A stretch of DNA of 64,000 nucleotides from Octopus vulgaris (Eukaryota), in contig OX597814.1 in assembly GCA_951406725.2 (NCBI GenBank), forward strand, positions 94,550,001 through 94,614,000, written 5' to 3'. Below, piece by piece: positions 16,163-31,118 of the stretch (the first letter of the stretch is position 1; every line of letters starts with the position of its first letter). The notes under the pieces are model-generated. The model searched no databases and was not told the origin of the DNA. It was given only the letters and a program-made list of their open reading frames with translations. The position numbers and the translations under genes are program-made.

Positions 16163-16842
16163 CTGCAGAATATGTGGAGATGGACAAGAAACAATAAATC
16201 ATATTATCTCTAGCTGCCCAGTCCTGGCTAAGAAGGAATATATTCACAGACATGACAGAGTTGGAACTTACATACATTGGAAGCTATGCCAACATTATGG
16301 AATAACAACAGAAAAAAGATGGTATAGGCACACACCAGAAAAGGTCACAGAAAACGAGAAAGCAACCATACTCTGGGATATGCCGATACACACAGATAGA
16401 GAAATTAAGGCCAACAGACCAGATATAGTTGTCAGAGACCATGAAGAAAAAAATGCTTTCTAATTGATGTATCAGTACCGGCAGATGACAACGTGTCTCT
16501 AAAAGAAATGGAGAAACTCTCAAAATACAAAGACCTGGAAATAGAGGTAACTAGAATGTGGAATCTGAAAACAGAAACAATTCCTATCATAGTAGGTGCA
16601 TTAGGCATGATAAAAAAATATTCAGACAAATACATAACAAAAACACCAGGACTTACAAACACATATAACATACAGAAAATTGCACTACTAGGCACTGCAC
16701 ACATCCTACGCAGAACACTTTCCATACAATAACCATCAGAGCATCACAACAAATCACAGCACATACCCAAGGCACACAGAGCTGCGCTCGGTAGTGAAGT
16801 GAAAGCACGCTAAAAAAAAAAAAAAAATAAAAATAAAACTAC

Positions 16843-17170
<328 letters not shown>

Positions 17171-17846
17171 CTGCAGAATATGTGGAGATGGACAAGAAAC
17201 AATAAATCATATTATCTCTAGCTGCCCAGTCCTGGCTAAGAAGGAATATATTCACAGACATGACAGAGTTGGAACTTACATACATTGGAAGCTATGCCAA
17301 CATTATGGAATAACAACAGAAAAAAGATGGTATAGGCACACACCAGAAAAGGTCACAGAAAACGAGAAAGCAACCATACTCTGGGATATGCCGATACACA
17401 CAGATAGAGAAATTAAGGCCAACAGACCAGATATAGTTGTCAGAGACCATGAAGAAAAAAATGCTTTCTAATTGATGTATCAGTACCGGCAGATGACAAC
17501 GTGTCTCTAAAAGAAATGGAGAAACTCTCAAAATACAAAGACCTGGAAATAGAGGTAACTAGAATGTGGAATCTGAAAACAGAAACAATTCCTATCATAG
17601 TAGGTGCATTAGGCATGATAAAAAAATATTCAGACAAATACATAACAAAAACACCAGGACTTACAAACACATATAACATACAGAAAATTGCACTACTAGG
17701 CACTGCACACATCCTACGCAGAACACTTTCCATACAATAACCATCAGAGCATCACAACAAATCACAGCACATACCCAAGGCACACAGAGCTGCGCTCGGT
17801 AGTGAAGTGAAAGCACGCTAAAAAAAAAAAAATAAAAATAAAACTA

Positions 17847-18235
<389 letters not shown>

Positions 18236-18243
18236 TGATGATG

Positions 18244-18460
18244 ATCCCAATTGTCGTCCGAGCAGAGGGTTCAATACTACACAATCTGAAAAATCATCTG
18301 AAGACTTTAGAAACACTCTACAATCTAGTTATGTTGCTAAGCCGGCATTACATGGACGTGCACGCATATTGCGTAACGTAGTCTGTCTGAGGTCCTTGTT
18401 GTGACTTGACAAACAGTACAATCAACAACCTCACGTTATTGTATACTGAACAACGTCCAT
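18244..18460 (+). mobile_element. Old 3' end of another RLE (R4/Dong-like) element
   Basis: Translates IPIVVRAEGSI...NLKNHL...ARILRNV, homologous to IPIIVGALGMI...AHILRRT. Flanked by (AAT)/(GAT)n. Confidence 0.7.
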
Positions 18461-18750
18461 GATGATGATGATGATGATGATAAGAATAATAATAATTTAC
18501 TTTATCAACAAAAACAATAATAATTTTATTTGCCACAAGGATAACAGATGATAGAGATGATAATGACAGCAGCGGCGGCGGCGATGACAATGATTAAGAC
18601 AACAGCATCCAAAATGTTCGTGATTAGGACATCGACCAGAATGATGATGATGATGAGGAGGATGAGGATGACGACGACGACGACGATGACGACTACGAGG
18701 GTGGCGGCGGCGGTGGCCTTCGCGACGACGGTGGTGGTAATAGTGGTGGA
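18461..18750. repeat. Compound trinucleotide low-complexity tract (GAT, AAT, GGC, GAC, GGT)
   Basis: Directly visible. Confidence 0.85.
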
Positions 18751-18779
18751 TAGTTGACCTGTTTTAGCAGAAAAGAAAA

Positions 18780-18940
18780 ATATACGCGTTGAAGCCCAAC
18801 ATTATGGAATACCAACAGGAAATAGGTGTTGCAATCACACACTATAGAATGCTTAAGAGATTCGCAAAGTGTCCATACTCTTGGATTATTGAACTCACGC
18901 GAACAAGGAGATTGAAGTAAGTGATCCAAATATTATTGCA
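18780..18940 (+). mobile_element. Highly decayed RLE-element fragment
   Basis: ccaacattatggaataccaacaggaaatagg...ccatactcttggatt aligns by eye to the array unit (ccaacattatggaataacaacagaaaaaagatgg...ccatactctgggat). Confidence 0.6.
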
Positions 18941-20982
18941 CCAAGGCACCAGAAAACGAAATATCATTCAATCGACTTACCAGTTGCAAACGGAGTTAGA
19001 TAATACAGAGAAATTTAAATGCGAGCAGAATGATTTAGCCAAAATTTCATGAAGACGATAGTGTTATAATTTGTGATGTACACGTGATGATGATTCAGGA
19101 AGATAGTATTTGAAGAAAAACTACTAAATTCAAAAATGAAAATTATTTCCGGTAAATTTCGGAGATACTGAATTTATTGGAAACAGGAAAGTAAGTGCAT
19201 AACAAACTTTAAACCAAGGACAAATGGTGGTAATTTTATCTGTAGATGACATGGTGAAGACTTATTAGGGTAGTTCTGTCGTTAGTTAAAATGAATTGCT
19301 CTGAGTTAGAGTGGTTTTATCGTTAACTAAATAAAAATGGCAATAAAGAGGGGAGTTTGATCGTCGAGTGACTAGATAAAGAAGAAAAAATTTATGGTAA
19401 TTCTTCAGTCAGATAAGAAAATAAAGTAAAGAGAATGAGAATATTTTTACCGTAGTATAACAAAGAGGACCGATCATTGTCTACAAAACATGTAAATTTT
19501 TCATGTTTCAATGATTTACGATAGGCATTATAAAAGTTAGCTTTCATTTCTAAATTTATCAGATGATTTATTTTAATTTTTATTCATATTATTCTACTGC
19601 GGTTTACACGTGTAACGCATTAAGTATGAAGCGAAATCGAGATTATAACTTAGAATACGAATGTTTTTATTATTATTTCTATTAGTTGTACGACAATTGT
19701 CTGATAATATAGAACTAAATCAGATACAATACATGCAAAATTTATATTATCAATATTCTTTTTAAGACAATTGTATGATAAATAAATATTATAAAGTAAG
19801 TGATGTATCCAGAGATTAGTAGTGAGACTACGGTACTCCTTTCACAGGGACTGAGCGTTCAAGCCAGTTATAGGTACTTTTCTCAAATATGAATATAAAG
19901 AGATATTAAAGTGCACCAGCAGTTTTAAAACTTCACGAATATAGTCTTACCGTAGCAGGTAGATAAAATCCAGATAATACAGATACATAACGTCTTCCAT
20001 TTTGTCCCATATTTAGGATCGTTGTCTTTAAGTAGAACAAGTGAAATGTACATAAAAAGAATATAGTTTGAAAAGATTTTCTCACCTACGACGGCACGTT
20101 CAGACTACATCAATGAACTTTACAAATCTCAAGCATAGAAGAATTAAGGAAGAACGTGTTTTTTTTAAAGACTATATATATTACATAGCATCCTATAAAT
20201 TTCCAGAATGCATACACTCTTATAAGACAACAGTGATATTTTCTATAGACTCAACTGGTCTTTATAAGACATGGTTTTAGAAATACATTAAGAAATACAT
20301 TTTAGAAATACATTAAAAAGAATAAAATACATCTCAAAAATCATGCATAAAACGTTCAAGGTCAACGAATGGTATGTGAAAATACTCTTAGAAAGTTAAT
20401 TGCTGTTATTATTATCCTGAGGGTCATTTTAATCTACTGATTTGCAATTTGTCAAAGCTTTTGAAGAGGAGATGTATCGTTTAAATTGTACCAGTTTTAG
20501 TTGTAATGATATGAACTTTCTTAAATATATATATGTGTGTATGTATGTATGTATGTATGTATGTATGTATGTATGTATGTATGAATTCATGTATGTAAGT
20601 ATATACCATTTAACAAGCAAGTCGATGAAATAGTTTCAGTTCACTTCTGCCCACCATTATCGTCTTTTGGTATTACAATATCTGTAATTCGTGCATTGTT
20701 GTTATTTTTTCATGGAAACTGAAATCTGGTGCCATTTCTGTGTGGTAAATTTCAACTCTGTTCTAGCATTGTCACTTTCTAAGGAGTTTATATCAATTTC
20801 ATATGAACGTCATTCAGCTGGTTTTCGAAGAGGCTGGAAATGCTCTGCCAGACGCATATAGAGCAGTTTTGCTACTGACCTATTCAAACTGGATTTATTA
20901 TTATCGTTGGTATTGTTTTGTTGTTTTTTTGCCATTATTAGATTTATTGCTATTGCTGTCTTTCCTTATATTCGTTATTTTT

Positions 20983-21029
<47 letters not shown>

Positions 21030-21124
21030 TATTATTGTCATCAGCAGCAGCAGCAGCATCACTATTATTATCATTATTAATATTGTCATCATCAAAATCA
21101 TCATCATCTTTCATTTTGTTATGC

Positions 21125-21720
21125 TGTGAGGATTGATCTGGTTTAACGTTGTGTTATTATTACTTGTGTTCCTTTTGTATTATTCAGCTGTGATTGTGCA
21201 AAATATGTGTTGTGTGACTTGTGTTATTGAATTATCATGATTTGTGGATGTTTTCTGACTTGGTGAAGACTGGGAAGCCGGAAATAGAGTAGTCTATTGT
21301 TTGTTTACATTGGCTGCACAGACCGCAGTTGATGTTAGACTCTTGTTTTGTAATCATATTTTGATAGATGCTGTCGTTAAATATTGATCTCAAGCAGCTA
21401 ACATCATACCTTCCGTTTCTGCCTTTAGTCTAGGGGTATTCAGCCATTGCTGAATCTCATATTAGCACATTTACTCTATGTGGAATCAAAACATCGCAAG
21501 TTATATTTTTTACGTTTCCATTTTCTATGATTTCAAGTTCCATTTTGATTACATTTAATATATCTGTTTACGAGTTTTTAACGTTTCTCTTCATTTAAAT
21601 CCTTAATGTACTTAAAATTTGAATTCCCTTATATAATTTTAAAGCCTTTTTCTGTTCTCTTTTCAATGCTGCCTAATTCTACTAACCTGTGTATTGTTAT
21701 TATCACTATTGCTATTTCCA
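21125..21720 (-). mobile_element. Decayed R4/Dong-like retrotransposon (post-RT linker and knuckle)
   Basis: Minus strand PRLKAETEGMMLAA*DQ (LKxETEG...AAQDQ motif) and NCGLCSQCKQTIDYSISGFPV, a knuckle remnant. Confidence 0.7.
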
Positions 21721-22025
21721 TTTATTATTAAAAGATTTTATTAAATGTTCTATACTTTCAACTTTTGTCCTGTACATGAGATAATCGTAAATATATGGTT
21801 GTTGGGGGAAGAGTAGCAGTTTGGTGAATAGATCAAATCCTACAGGTCTATAAATAGATTCGGCAAATGGTGGGTAGTTCAGCCATAGAGACAAAAGAAT
21901 TTTCGCATTCTTCTGGTCCGCAGAGTTCAAATGTGTTTACTACTACCAGCGACCAGTGAGAGCGCTGCCCTTGGCCTTGAAAAGAAGCAATTCAACCTGT
22001 TTCATTTGTAATTACTGGTAGAAAA

Positions 22026-22061
<36 letters not shown>

Positions 22062-22062
22062 C

Positions 22063-22161
22063 TTTATTTAAAGCAGCAGAAAATTCTACAAAACCTGTTA
22101 CTCTGAGTTTCGCGTTGCTCAGATTAACAGGTTTTGTAGAATTTCCTGCTGCTTTAAATAA
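22063..22161. repeat. Short foldback next to (AT)n containing the 3' half of a hammerhead
   Basis: tttatttaaagcagcagaaaattctacaaaacctgtta...taacaggttttgtagaatttcctgctgctttaaataaa. The minus strand has CGAAAC-TCAGA-GTA-ACAGG. Confidence 0.75.
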
Positions 22162-22348
22162 ATCATATTACTCTACCACTGGTATTTGAGTACACTTTTT
22201 TTCCACCTTGTTTCACATTTATGTATTTACTCCGGTATATATATATATATATATATAATGATATGCACATACACACACACACGAACACACACACACGAAC
22301 ACACACACACGAACACACACACACGAACACACACACACACATACACAC

Positions 22349-22379
<31 letters not shown>

Positions 22380-22439
22380 GTGATATTTACGTCGTTGAAT
22401 TTTTGAATTTCTGAATTCAATTGTGTTGTTGCAAAAAAA

Positions 22440-23374
22440 CGTATTTTTACATATTAGGGTAGTCAGGGATAAGCTTCATACAAAATTTAATATATTAAAG
22501 TTTTGTTTTAAATCTGATCGTTTATGTGTTCGAAAGCTGTAGGTATGTAAGTTTCCTAATTTATTTTGAGATCTTTTTAAAATATTCACAGGATATTGTA
22601 TATATTCCAGTCTTTGGGAATAGTAGGAGGAAGAGCTGTTCTCGTTGAATTTTTTAATTTTTTAATTTCCTATTCTTTTTCTTTGGGAATTTCTCTTTTC
22701 TTTTTAAAAGTTTTGCTGTGGTTTACAGTTTTTGTAGTTGTACAGTATATTTGTTATCGTGAATTTAATCGTGTTGTTACAATAAAAGGCATGTTTCATA
22801 TTCCGGTAGTCAGGGGAAAAGAAAAGATAAACTATTCACACAAAACTGGAGATATTAAAGTTTCTAAATTTCTTTTGAGATGTTCGTTTGTATGTCCTTT
22901 CAGAGAAGACTGTAGTGTTTTTGCAATAAAAGGGTGTTTACATTTTTGAATACTCAGGGAGAAAGGAAAGGAAAGCAAACGAAGGTAAACATTTTCACAG
23001 AAAATTGTAGACATTAAGGATTTAAAATTTACTGGAGATGATCTTTTGTCTGTCCGAACAGAGAAAACAATAGCGTTCTTGGAACAAAGATGATGTTTAC
23101 ATTTTCGAATACTCAGGGAGAAGGGAAAGGATAGGTATTCACAGAAGTTGTAAATATCAAAGATTTTAAAGCTGATCCTTTAGGTGTTCGAAAGCTGTAG
23201 ATATGTAATTTTCTTAACTTATTTTGAAGAAAATTCAACATACTCACTGACAGTTGTTCATATTCCAGTCTTTTAGAGTTACTTTTCAGTTGTCCTACTG
23301 GTATGTATTAGTGTTTCTGTGTCCTTAGCTGTTGACAGGACAGAGCAGCGAAAAACACGTCCATCCGATTATTC

Positions 23375-23375
<1 letters not shown>
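22440..23375 (-). mobile_element. Interspersed repeat with internal subrepeats, probably the 5' region of an (AAT)n-targeting retrotransposon
   Basis: Subrepeats ctgatc...gtgttcgaaagctgtag at ~22514 and ~23172, and cagggagaa...gaaagg...attcacagaa at ~22810, ~22955 and ~23114. 23167-23375 is homologous to 56827-57034, and both abut (ATT)n. Confidence 0.6.
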
Positions 23376-23441
<66 letters not shown>

Positions 23442-23484
23442 GTTGTTGTTTTTGTTGCAGTTGTTGTTTTTATTATTAATGTGA

Positions 23485-23780
23485 GGACGTATTGTCTACT
23501 GGTTAGAGTGTTGCACTCACAATCGCTAGATCGTGATTTCAATTCCTAGGTCGGCTAGTGTGTTGTGTTCTTGAATAAAAACATGTCATTTCACGTTGCT
23601 CTGTGATCACTTTCACACTTGACCCGTGGAACATCGTGCACCTGTTCAGGCAAGGTCGATTTGATGGAGAGAGTGGGCTAACGTGCGGCACGAACATTTG
23701 ATCCCTATATAGAAATCATTTGTACAGATCGTTCGGCAAAATGCTGAACGTTCATACGCTGTAAATGACGGGAGAGTCCA
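23485..23780 (+). mobile_element. tRNA-derived SINE (CORE-like, different tail)
   Basis: tggttagagtgttg...gatttcaattcctagg...gtgttgtgttcttgaataaaaacatgtcatttcacgttgctc. Confidence 0.7.
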
Positions 23781-24482
23781 TCATTATTATTGTTATTATT
23801 AATAATAATAATATTATTGTAAGCGTGTAAAAAGAAAAAGATAATGCTGATGATGATGAAGATGTTTTTGGTATAGTGGTGGTATTGGTGGTGGTGGTGG
23901 TGGTGGTCGTCGTGACTGTGGTCGCTTTACATGTATATATTTATGTGTGCATATAACCAATTTTTGTTAGAAACGACAAACCATTTCATTCGGATATATA
24001 CTATATTTGTTCGACCACAGATGCTCCTTTGTCATCTTGCCACAGTAAATCTAATACCTCTTTGGAAAAATATAACCAAGGAGCCAATTATTTACAAATT
24101 GTGATACAAAATAAATTTTAAAATAATGAAAGTCAACATATGCTACTTAAGAATTCTAATCTCTAAGAAGAAGAGTTTATAATTCATGATCTAATCCCGT
24201 TAGACTTGAAAAAGTAAAGGCACGTCTTTTGTTGGCTTATTGCTAAAAATAAAATGAGGCAAATGTAATTAATACTCACGTTATGGACCACACCGGTTTG
24301 GGAAATTATCAGCTTCTTCAGAACTGTAAAATAATTTTAAAAATATATGTTACTATAATATATCTAACAAGCGAGAAATTGTAGTTATTTCATATTTTTT
24401 AATCAAAGGTGTTAATGTATTATACGATTATCCACTACAAACCATTGATTATATTTAACTCTATCAATGAAATAAGCGTATA

Positions 24483-24781
24483 CACCTTCTCCCCGACTTA
24501 GGACCGAATTCCGTTTCGACTGACAGGTCGTAAGTCGATCTGATCGTATGTAGGATTAATATTTTTCAACACTATTTTCATTCAAACGCAACAGATGCTT
24601 GAAAGCGACTGAGTGAAAGACAGTGACAAGTAGTGGATGCCTGGGTTTGAGGGAGGCTTGCATTGCCAGATACTGCTATAGTTAGCATACGTGCAGTTGC
24701 CCAACGTCCGGAAATTTATTTATTGTGGTTTTAAGTGCGGGTGGTCGTAGGTCGCATAATACGTAAATCGAGAAGAAGGTA
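24483..24781. mobile_element. MITE, probably pogo/Tigger-like
   Basis: Ends accttctccccgactta / taaatcgagaagaaggt, internal gtcgtaagtcg and gtcgtaggtcg motifs, TA flanks. Confidence 0.6.
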
Positions 24782-24799
24782 TATATATATATATATATT

Positions 24800-25138
24800 C
24801 TGAGACCCACTTTGGTCACGACACAGACCTTGGGATTGCACCTAGAAAGTTAACCTTCCAGACACAAGTCCGGGCAAGGTTCTTTATGGAAGACCAGCAG
24901 TCGCCCATGCATACCGGCCTCCCCTCTCCACGCCACCACTGTTATCCAAGAGAAAGACAAGGGCCGATACAGCTTGGTACCTGTGACGTCTTAACTCATT
25001 TCTACAACTTAGCGAACTGGAGCAACGTGAAATAAAGTTTCTTGCTCAAGAACACAACACGCAGCCCAGTCCGGGATTCGAGCTCACAACCTCACGATCG
25101 TAAACTTGACGCTCTAACCAGTGAACCATGCGCCTTCA

Positions 25139-25140
<2 letters not shown>
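24800..25140 (-). mobile_element. tRNA-derived CORE-like SINE (same family as 1254-1580)
   Basis: Near full-length reverse complement of 1254-1580, between (AT)n tracts. Confidence 0.9.
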
Positions 25141-25189
<49 letters not shown>

Positions 25190-25232
25190 TAAGAAAGTTG
25201 GTTTGTGAAAGCACGTGGGTGAATATATAAAA

Positions 25233-25619
25233 AATAGTAAAGAGTGAAAAAACGACAGAAGGCTTAAATGTTAAAAAATATATATATTTGCGTCAATATG
25301 TCTGAAGAATATTAGAAAATTAAAAAACAAAATTTTTTTTTTTCCTTTATAATGACATAATTTTTAAAGAAAGACCGGTTTCGCATTTAGCTTTTCAAAT
25401 TTCTTGTGACGTTATGTTTATGTGTATTAAACATAAACATAACGTCACAAGAAATTTGAAAAGCTAAATGCGAAACCGGTCTTTCTTTAAAAATTATGTC
25501 ATTATAAAGGAAAAAAAAATTTTGTTTTTTAATTTTCTAATATTCTTCAGACATATTGACGCAAATATATATATTTTTTAACATTTAAGCCTTCTGTCGT
25601 TTTTTCACTCTTTACTATT
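25233..25619. mobile_element. Near-perfect palindrome of the terminal repeat of the Penelope element at 57890-59167
   Basis: ~190-bp arms with a 7-nt spacer (25424-25430). The right arm is nearly identical to 58975-59167. Lies between (AT)n tracts. Confidence 0.92.
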
Positions 25620-27803
25620 ATATATATATATATATATATATAGTCTTACTGAACTATACAGTTAGAATATACACATACCATCCAGTTGAGAGGAAGATAG
25701 CAGTATGTAGCATTCCAAATAAACAATCGGGTGCGAGCATATTCGACGTTTAGAGTATGAAAAAGTAACGGAAAATAGTACCTGTGGTAAAAAAAAAGCT
25801 CTATTCGTAATGGGAGCAATTTAGTGCAATGTGTGAATGATTTTGTGCAACTTAAGTAAATGTATCCTATAATTACAGAAATTGAGGTGAGGGAAATAAT
25901 TCAGGTAGGTCAATGACATGGATTTAATTTAGGTAAGTGATGTTATTCTTAATGACGCATGTCATTAAGTACTTATTGACATTAATGTAATTAATGAATT
26001 GAAATCTACCTTATATTTGGAGGAAGAAACACATACCTAACGGTAATTGATAGTGAATTTCAAAGAAAAGGAAAGATAATTTCAAGAAATTAAGAATCAA
26101 TTTTACAGAAAATAGAACTTTCGTATATAATGGAGAAATCTTCATATGAAAGTAGACAAAGTTACAGACATGTTTTTGATTGACTAAACATTATCAGCCA
26201 AACAAATTTCTTAAGTTTGCTTTGTTCAGGGAAAATGGACAGTTAGAAGTAAAATATATTTTGGTTGCAGTTTCCATAATAACGGAACATAATCTCATGA
26301 GAACTCAATTGGAGTAGTGGCTGAATTGATATAGTTCAGGTAAGTGTTGATGCACGTAATAAAATACACAGAAAATCCTAATGAAGTATAATTTGCCTCT
26401 AGTTGAGAAAAAGAAAATAAAAGGCTAAAATTAACTGACAGTGACTCGCAAAGAGGAGATAATTATAAGAAATTTAAAATTGATTCTACAGAAAATTGAA
26501 TTTTCATGCTTAGGAAAACAAATTTAATTTTTGTTAGTAGAAAACCCTCATCATTGGTTATCTGTAATTATTTTTTATCTTCTTTCTCCAAGTAAGAGGC
26601 AAATTTCTATTCATTAAGATTTTTGGTGTACTTAATTAATTACATCAACATTTAATTGTATTCCATCACTTGGTTTCAACAGTATTCAGAATAAATTAGT
26701 TTAATGAAGATCACTGGAAATAGTGCAGAAAGTTGAGTGTAAGACAAACTGTCGAAATGTACTTTTTCAACCTGATTATAGTAGAATTTCCGTTTCTCGT
26801 TGTCTTATATAATCTTGTAGCCGATGGTATCTGCTTCAGTACTACAATACTTTTGAACTAGTTGTCTACAGTTTCCTCCTTCAAATGGGGAAACATTTTA
26901 TTGCATGAAACTAAATCAATGCTTTGCATGTTCGAGAAAATGGAGATTAAAATCTCTTATTTTGGCGAATGGAAATTTACGACACAGGCGTCTGGCTTAT
27001 CCAAAATATGTTAAGAATTTCCATACTGTGAATGTTGCAAACGATAGGGTGAGCAAGCACCAACTATCTTCAATTCCATGTCATATCAGTTTTACAACAT
27101 TTGTGTCATTAACGCCTGTGCAAACTGCATTAGTGCCAGAATTAGATTACTCATTAACATTTCATTATAAATCGTCGAACAGTTGGCTTTTGTTTATCAC
27201 CTGGGATAATTAAAATATTACTTTTTGACGAGGATAAAGGCAATGTACTTTTATTCAATTAGTTAAAAACATATATTGTAAACGTGCTAAATTTCCCAGT
27301 GATCTCTAGAGACTGAAATGAAAAGAAATGATTTCAAACCATGATAGAAAGTTGGATGTGGTCTGAGCTTACTGTGAGATTGATTAGTTTTGTATCTACA
27401 ATGCTTGACACAGAGATAAGTGGAATATTGATTTCTTATATATGCATTAGGCCCATTTACTGGAGGGGTGGGACTCTAGTCGATCGAATCAATCCAGTAG
27501 TTATGTTACGAAACTTCGAAGGCTGAAATTAATCCCCCAAGAATTCGAAAAGCGATCATAGGAGGTAGCAATCGCATACTTTCAGACAGCTAGTTGTGTG
27601 CCATTTTTGCCAACCATCAGATAACGAATATCGATTGAACACCAAGCCAGTTAATTTACTACGTACTACATTTTTCTTTAGTAGAAATCGTGATTAACTG
27701 ACAGTTGTTTATCCTAATGACTTTCGAATATATTATCGTCTTGCTAATAGGTGTTCTAGATATAGTACTCCATAACATATATCTGTATACACACACAACA
27801 CAC

Positions 27804-27834
<31 letters not shown>

Positions 27835-27836
27835 AG

Positions 27837-27872
<36 letters not shown>

Positions 27873-27889
27873 AGTATATATATATATAA

Positions 27890-27947
<58 letters not shown>

Positions 27948-30336
27948 AATCTAAGCTTAAGCCATTTAAGCAACCTTTCCCCCAAAAGCGACGTAAACAA
28001 AGAAACCAAAAACAATAGAATGATGAGAAAAGACAGCTAATGAAAATTAATTAAATACGTACGAAGGTAATTTATCTTTAGATTAGGTTATCTCTAGCAA
28101 TATAAAGGAACATTCGATAATTTATTTTAAAAGGCATTAAATTGTGTTTCTTCAATTATTTTAGATGAATTATTGTAAATATTGATGAGAAAATTTAACT
28201 GTAAAACTAATTTTTTACTGACTTTTTTCTTTTCTTTGTCGACATAATGTTTCAAACGATTTGCTTTCTGCTTGCTATCTATGTTTCTGCATGAGCTAGA
28301 ACTATGAGGCAGACTCAATGCTGTCAGATTTATCAGTCTATCTCTCTTAGTCACCGATTTCATTGTAATGTCCATTCATCACATCTCCGCTTCTCATTAG
28401 ATGGCATGAAACTACTTTAAAATGCACGTATGAAATTATTTTTGTCTTTCCGCTTTCGAACACATACCAACTTCTTAATGTGCAAAAACTCTCATATTTT
28501 ATGTAAAATAGTGCATTTTTATTTTATTATGTTCGGCTTCGACTCTAAAGAGTCCGACATTATATGTATGTGACTATATTCATGTGACCCGCATAATCAT
28601 AAATATAATGCATCGATGGATGGTGAAAATTAATTCATTTTTCTAGGACTGTTTTGCCAGTGGCATAATAAATAGCAATAAAGTTACAATGCATAAAAAC
28701 AGTCCGAAAAATTAATTTCCCTAATACTTTGTTTATTTTGGAAAAAACTAATACAATATAAAGCCTTTAAAACATAAAATACATAACACATTTCTGAATT
28801 TTAATCATTTCATTAAGCGTATGTTTCTTATACATACACAAACTCTCAACTCATCATAAAACTTGTGTGTGTGTCTTTGTGTGCGTGCCTGGTGCGCGCG
28901 TGTGTATGTGTTTATCTTCAGTGAATAAAAGAATTTAATTGACGTTCACCTTCCATTTTTACGGGACCTGCCGAAGCCATTGAAAAAAGATCAAATTCAA
29001 CAAGCTTTATTCACTTTATTGTTCTATTCATTTGGAAAATTACTCTATTCAGCAGTAGCTGACGCAAAGTAAAGAATCAGGAAAAATGTGTATCTCCCTT
29101 GAACAACTGTTATGACGTAACACTTCCACTGTACTATAAATGTAATCTATAGGGCTTTGGACAGTTACATGCTAACAAGGCAAATGCATGGTTTTATAAA
29201 TATTGATCCGACCTCTATACACGCAGGGGTTGGTAGTATTTTTGAGCGAGAAAAACTAAATTTAATATGATCAATTTGAATGAGTTTTGTTTTACAATGT
29301 GTGAACTTCCGTAGAGATGTGATGAATTGAGATAAAAATTTTAACGACGTAGAAAGCTAACATCCAGGCTGCCTTTCATAAACGAACGGAGACGACGAAT
29401 AAAAAGCAAATTGTCGTGATCATGTAGCTGCTGATGCTGCTGCTTCCGCTGCAGCTGCTGTTGTTGCTGTTTTTGTTTTTGAGATTTTACTCCTCGTTTA
29501 GCCCTTATCCATTAAAACAGTTTCCTATCCTGTCGTTTGCGGATCACTAAAGTTACAAAGCTAGTACAGGGGGCCGGTGAGCTGTGTTCAAAATCTTAAA
29601 AGTTGCTGTGTAAAATGTACAGATACTCAAAATTGGAACTGCAAATTTATAATTATTTAATAGACAAACTCAGTAGACAGACAATGCAAAATCTTAGGGA
29701 CTGCAGCAAAATTCGTTTAGATAAATCTTCTTAATAGTTAAAATGTTATGAATCACTGGATTAGACCTATAATCAAAGACGTTCCGTGGTGCTTATTCTT
29801 TCATTTTCTAACAAGAGAATACATTATCTAATATGTGATTTTATTTGTAAGACTTTAGGGTATAATTTGGGTTGAATAAACATACAGAGACTGATATGTT
29901 AGCTCGTGTAACGTTCATGTCTTTTCCAATATGGTTGTAAGCACGAGTAATGTTTCTCTACTTCAAGAGTTGATTGGAAATAATCACTTTGAATATGTAT
30001 AAATGTTTCTTTCTAACATAAGCCGAAGGCGACAAATTAGTAGAGTGGGGAACAGATCCTAGTGTATTCACATTACATTTCTGATTTCCTTATTTCAAGC
30101 ATGGTAACGAAATATAAATTTGACATTATATGCATTTGAATAGAGATTGGCAAAATAAAACAGACAATATAGCATAATCTTCAACATAGATTAAATGATT
30201 TAAGCAATATTTTATTAGAAAAAAATCCAATATTAAAGATAATTGAATCTAGATTCTGATACAGCGATATACAAACACACACACACACATATACGCATAC
30301 ATACACACGTAAATACACACATACACACACTCACAC

Positions 30337-30382
<46 letters not shown>

Positions 30383-30957
30383 TGAGGATTTGGGTGACTA
30401 CATTATTGTTTAACAAAAGATCAATATGTAAATATCCTGGAAGAGCCATTTCGAGTTTAGCCATCGTTATATTTCGTTTCCACAGTTATGATAATACTAT
30501 ATAGTTGCTGATGAGTCATCTCTGTATATATATAGTATTAATCAATAAAACAACGTTAATGTATCTCCTGCAGATGGGTTGACGGTGTCAATGTTTTTAT
30601 ATTTTTCCTAACAGGATATATTCCTTTCTATACAACAGCCTTAACAAACAGCATACACAGAATGGCATTGGAAGCCTTCCTACCCATATGACCTCTCTGT
30701 GGTGCACAATTACAGCACTAAGAGACTGGAGCTAGAAGAATATGCAGTACTAATGACAAGTCACTTGTGCCATAATAACCGGAATATCATAAGTCAATAA
30801 GCAATCAGATAAAGCCTTGATTAAACACTATGTTTTTTTTAATTTCAATATGTACATTGTTAATAGTGTAAATACAATTGATTTTGATACAGAGATTGTA
30901 GTGATATTAGTTTACATATGCATGCATCCATCCATACAAATGTACATATATGTGTGT

Positions 30958-31118
30958 ACGATGGAAATCTTTCAATTTCCGTCTACCACATTGAGTGACA
31001 AGGCTTTGATCGACCTGAGGCGATAGTAAAATCACTTGCCTAAGGTGTCCCGCAGTAGGACTAAACTCAGAACCGTGTGGAGGTAATCAAATTTTTTACC
31101 ACACAGTCACGCCTGCGA
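30958..31118 (-). mobile_element. SINE 5' part (49131 family)
   Basis: tttccgtctaccaca...acaaggctttgatcgacctgaggcgatagta...accacacagtcacgcctgcg. Confidence 0.75.

Noticed and set aside
30500-30590. CTGATGAGTC hammerhead-like motif
   Set aside because: I could build no correctly placed GAAA or closing stems.
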